From NCBI GenBank assembly GCA_965112155.1, contig OZ218103.1: 64,000 nucleotides of DNA. One strand, given 5' to 3'. The position numbers and the translations under genes were made by a program. Source of the DNA: Podarcis liolepis (Eukaryota). This document shows, piece after piece, positions 62,461 through 64,000 of this stretch. Under the pieces are notes generated by a model. It did not search any database and was not told the DNA's origin. It worked only from the letters and a program-made list of their open reading frames with translations. Numbering within the stretch: position 1 is the stretch's first letter; every line of letters begins with the position of its first letter.

Positions 62461-64000
62461 CGTTTGAGCAAACACAGCAACGAAAGAGAGCAGGGTGGGC
62501 AGTAAGACCCTGAGGCAGAATGAAGGAAAGCAGCAGCTTCCTGTCTCACGGAGCTCCCTTCTCCCTGAAGCGCGGTTTGATTTTTGCCTTATTTTTCGGC
62601 TCCAGAGACCACATATTCGCTCCATAACACGCACAGACATTTCCCCTTCCTTTTTAGGAGAAAAAATCTGCGTGTTATAGAGCGAAAAATACGGTAAGTT
62701 AACAGTGTTGTCCCACATGCATTTGATTTAAACTAGAGTTACAGAAAGGCTACTACAAATATTGTTGTGGAATTATGGTATAAAGAAAAAGAACAGATTA
62801 TGTTGCAATTGAAACTGTCCCCTCTGCATTTGCAGCTCAGGCCCAGAAGCCTTGAATTGTTTTCAGAGAGAGCAAGTGAAACTGACAGGAAGTTGTTGGT
62901 TTTTTTGAGTGATCATGTTGAGTGAAATAGCAACGGCAGGATGGTTAAGGAAAAGAGGTGAAAGGAAGCAGAAATGTAGGTAGGTAGGTAAATGAGAGGT
63001 TTGAAGTTGCTCTGGCTGCATTAATCTGACATCTCTTGAGTAACACAAGGAGAACAGTATTGCTTTTTGAAAATGGAATTTTTATACTGTGTCCTTTCTT
63101 CCCAGCTTTCTGCATAAGAATAGGATTAATGACATGACTGTTTCTTGACAAAAAGAAAGAACTGTTCCAGTTAAAGAGTATGTTAGCATTCTAACACAGA
63201 GAATCAATTTAGGTCAGGTCCTAGAAAATATTGGAGCATTCCTATCTCTCCTTGTAATAAATGTGAAATGAGGATGCTAAGCACTAGACAGAGTCAGGTT
63301 CCAATATTCCAGACCAGGGTTTGGATAGTAAGTAGAGTGGAGCTGCTTGGTAAAAGTGCAATTTGCCTGAAGAAAAATCCATTAAAAATAGGATTTCACC
63401 CTCTCTCTAGGCAGTCAAACTGAGAGGAGGAGCCAATCTCATTCAGCCCAGGTACATTCTGCCTTTGGCAGAATCAGTAGGCTATAGCTCCTTCTGTAAA
63501 TGTGCCGGCCCATGTTCCCTCCACCTTCCATAGATATTGCCAGCATGTACAGTACTAATCAGGCCATTAAAATATGCTTACATTATCCAGTTTATTACAG
63601 AGATTTGTTTTTGCTTTGCACAAGTACACACAATGCCTTTGCTGGTTGCTGGCTGGTCTTTATATGGCTGATCTTGTCTTCCAAAGATTCATAATACACA
63701 CATCCTTTGAAGATGTGCTTAAACAGTAGAGTGAAGGAATTCCCTATGGTACTCCCTAAACTCCAAGATATGTTACAGTATTTTGCACCCAGAAATATAA
63801 AGCCTAGTATATTGTGATGTGCTGCATTCTTACACTAGTCACTGAGGGATAGTCCATTGGCAACTCAAGTGCATCAGATAATGTGGATAAAGCTTCTAAA
63901 GAAGAGGCTCAGTGTACTAGAACGAAGCTGCCAGCCGAGACTTCACTTGAAACAATTGCCCTCCTCCTCTCTCCTCAAAATCTCAATAATATGTATTTTA

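Larger units (their letters stand above)
61476..62694. mobile_element. Non-autonomous Tc1/mariner-pogo (Tc2-type) DNA transposon, 1219 bp
   Basis: Perfect 26-bp terminal inverted repeats (TIRs) CCGTATTTTTCGCTCTATAACACGCA, TA on both sides (61474-75, 62695-96), no transposase ORF. Confidence 0.9.

Noticed and set aside
342-63694. Remaining short 60-150 aa ORFs in the track
   Set aside because: Expected by chance in intronic or repeat DNA; many cross microsatellites or start at non-ATG codons, and none resembles a host protein.
58556-64000. Next RNF220 exon (recalled as TFLRVRANRQTRLNA)
   Set aside because: Not found by eye in the rest of the window; presumably further downstream.

Overview
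Vertebrate genomic DNA, most likely a squamate (lacertid-type lizard, inferred from Sauria SINEs and the repeat mix). The whole window lies inside the large + strand gene RNF220. Three internal coding exons are recognisable (21075-21204, 42878-42923, 58460-58555), with GT-AG boundaries and compatible phases; the rest is intron. The introns contain about ten repeat-free, motif-rich blocks that look like conserved non-coding elements (CNEs), which cannot be confirmed without alignments. They also carry many repeats: CR1, L2, L1, Sauria and other tRNA-derived SINEs, Tc1/mariner-pogo and hAT-like MITEs, LTR-like pieces and microsatellites. There is a 209-N assembly gap. Most notable: (1) a very young, 5'-truncated, sense-strand RTE-X-like LINE with an uninterrupted RT ORF and a perfect 16-bp target-site duplication (TSD); host sequence just upstream supplies a possible in-frame splice acceptor, so an RNF220 N-terminus/RT chimeric terminal exon is conceivable but speculative; (2) two Penelope-like insertions, each carrying a minimal hammerhead ribozyme motif, one sense and one antisense to the RNF220 pre-mRNA, plus a ~40-bp micro-insertion of the first family; (3) a 1.2-kb non-autonomous Tc2/pogo-type transposon carrying two different tandem-repeat arrays. 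No prokaryote-type system (CRISPR, retron etc.) is supported.
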